Notes under the pieces: generated by a model
What the model saw: the letters and a program-made list of their open reading frames with translations, nothing else
Databases searched by the model: none
What the model was told of the DNA's origin: nothing
Made by a program: the position numbers and the translations under genes
From: a virus
Lineage: Duplodnaviria > Caudoviricetes
IMG/VR virus record: IMGVR_UViG_3300028887_000079
Location: 1-64,000 of that record
Reading direction: 5' to 3' (one strand)
DNA length: 64,000 bases
Shown here: in pieces, positions 63,702-64,000 of the stretch
Layout: each line of letters starts with the position of its first letter
Numbering within the stretch: the first letter of the stretch is position 1

Positions 63702-64000
63702 TTAGTCTTCGGCCGCATCAAGCACGGTCATAAGGGAATTGACTTCGTCATCGGCTTCATTGACGAGGCCGAGAACGTTGCTGACAAAACCACGGATCTT
63801 GTCGGCGATGTTAGTGAACCAATCCGCCAGCTTGGAGAAGATGCCTTCGCGGAGCTTGGCTTCGCCGAGGGTATCCGGAAGCGGGATTGCCTTGAGATCT
63901 TCAGGATCAGCAGCGGCAACGGTGGTCTTCACAGTTTGCTTGATCGTTTCAGCATCCTTCTGTGCCTCATCGAACATATCCTTCATTTCGAGGAGGATGG
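63702..64000 (-). CDS. Hypothetical late protein, partial (5' end outside the window)
   Basis: Frame is open upstream of ATG 63986 to the window end; contains KLREGIFSK. Confidence 0.55.
   Translation of the reverse strand, partial: ILLEMKDMFDEAQKDAETIKQTVKTTVAAADPEDLKAIPLPDTLGEAKLREGIFSKLADWFTNIADKIRGFVSNVLGLVNEADDEVNSLMTVLDAAED

Noticed and set aside
1-64000. Alternative genetic code, tRNAs, integrase, introns/inteins
   Set aside because: Core genes are intact under the standard code and all three stops are used; no tRNA-like, recombinase or intein motifs recognised.

Overview
This window is a 64-kb piece of a large, probably lytic, contractile-tailed dsDNA bacteriophage genome (myovirus-like; host not identifiable from sequence alone). 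It holds a terminase large subunit, a head-completion gene, a tail sheath/tube/tape-measure/baseplate block, two fibre-like genes and two cell-wall hydrolases. It also holds a nearly complete replication and recombination set: family A DNA polymerase with an N-terminal UDG-like domain, DnaB, primase, beta-clamp, clamp loader, SSB, UvsY-like, RecA-like, split SbcCD, SNF2 helicase and a PD-(D/E)xK nuclease. Modification genes include QueE, a TGT/DpdA-like protein, a glycosyltransferase, a second radical SAM enzyme and a Stealth phosphotransferase. Clusters of small early genes sit behind four copies of one conserved promoter. The most striking unannotated patterns are: (1) at least eight dispersed, otherwise unrelated orphan proteins share a basic/hydrophobic N-terminal leader ending in [K/R]-x(1-2)-E-[A/S/D], which resembles a capsid-targeting, prohead-protease-cleaved signal for injected internal proteins; (2) a probable 7-deazaguanine DNA-modification pathway next to glycan-transfer enzymes; (3) many apparently leaderless genes (TATATT-N5-7-ATG); (4) a dispersed ~90-bp terminator-centred repeat; (5) early proteins ending in ssrA-like -AA; (6) a Walker-A-less DnaB-like early protein; (7) strong GGCGCC enrichment with apparent GTAC avoidance. 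No tRNA, rRNA, CRISPR array, integrase or transposase was recognised. All product calls come from motif recognition by eye, not from database searches.
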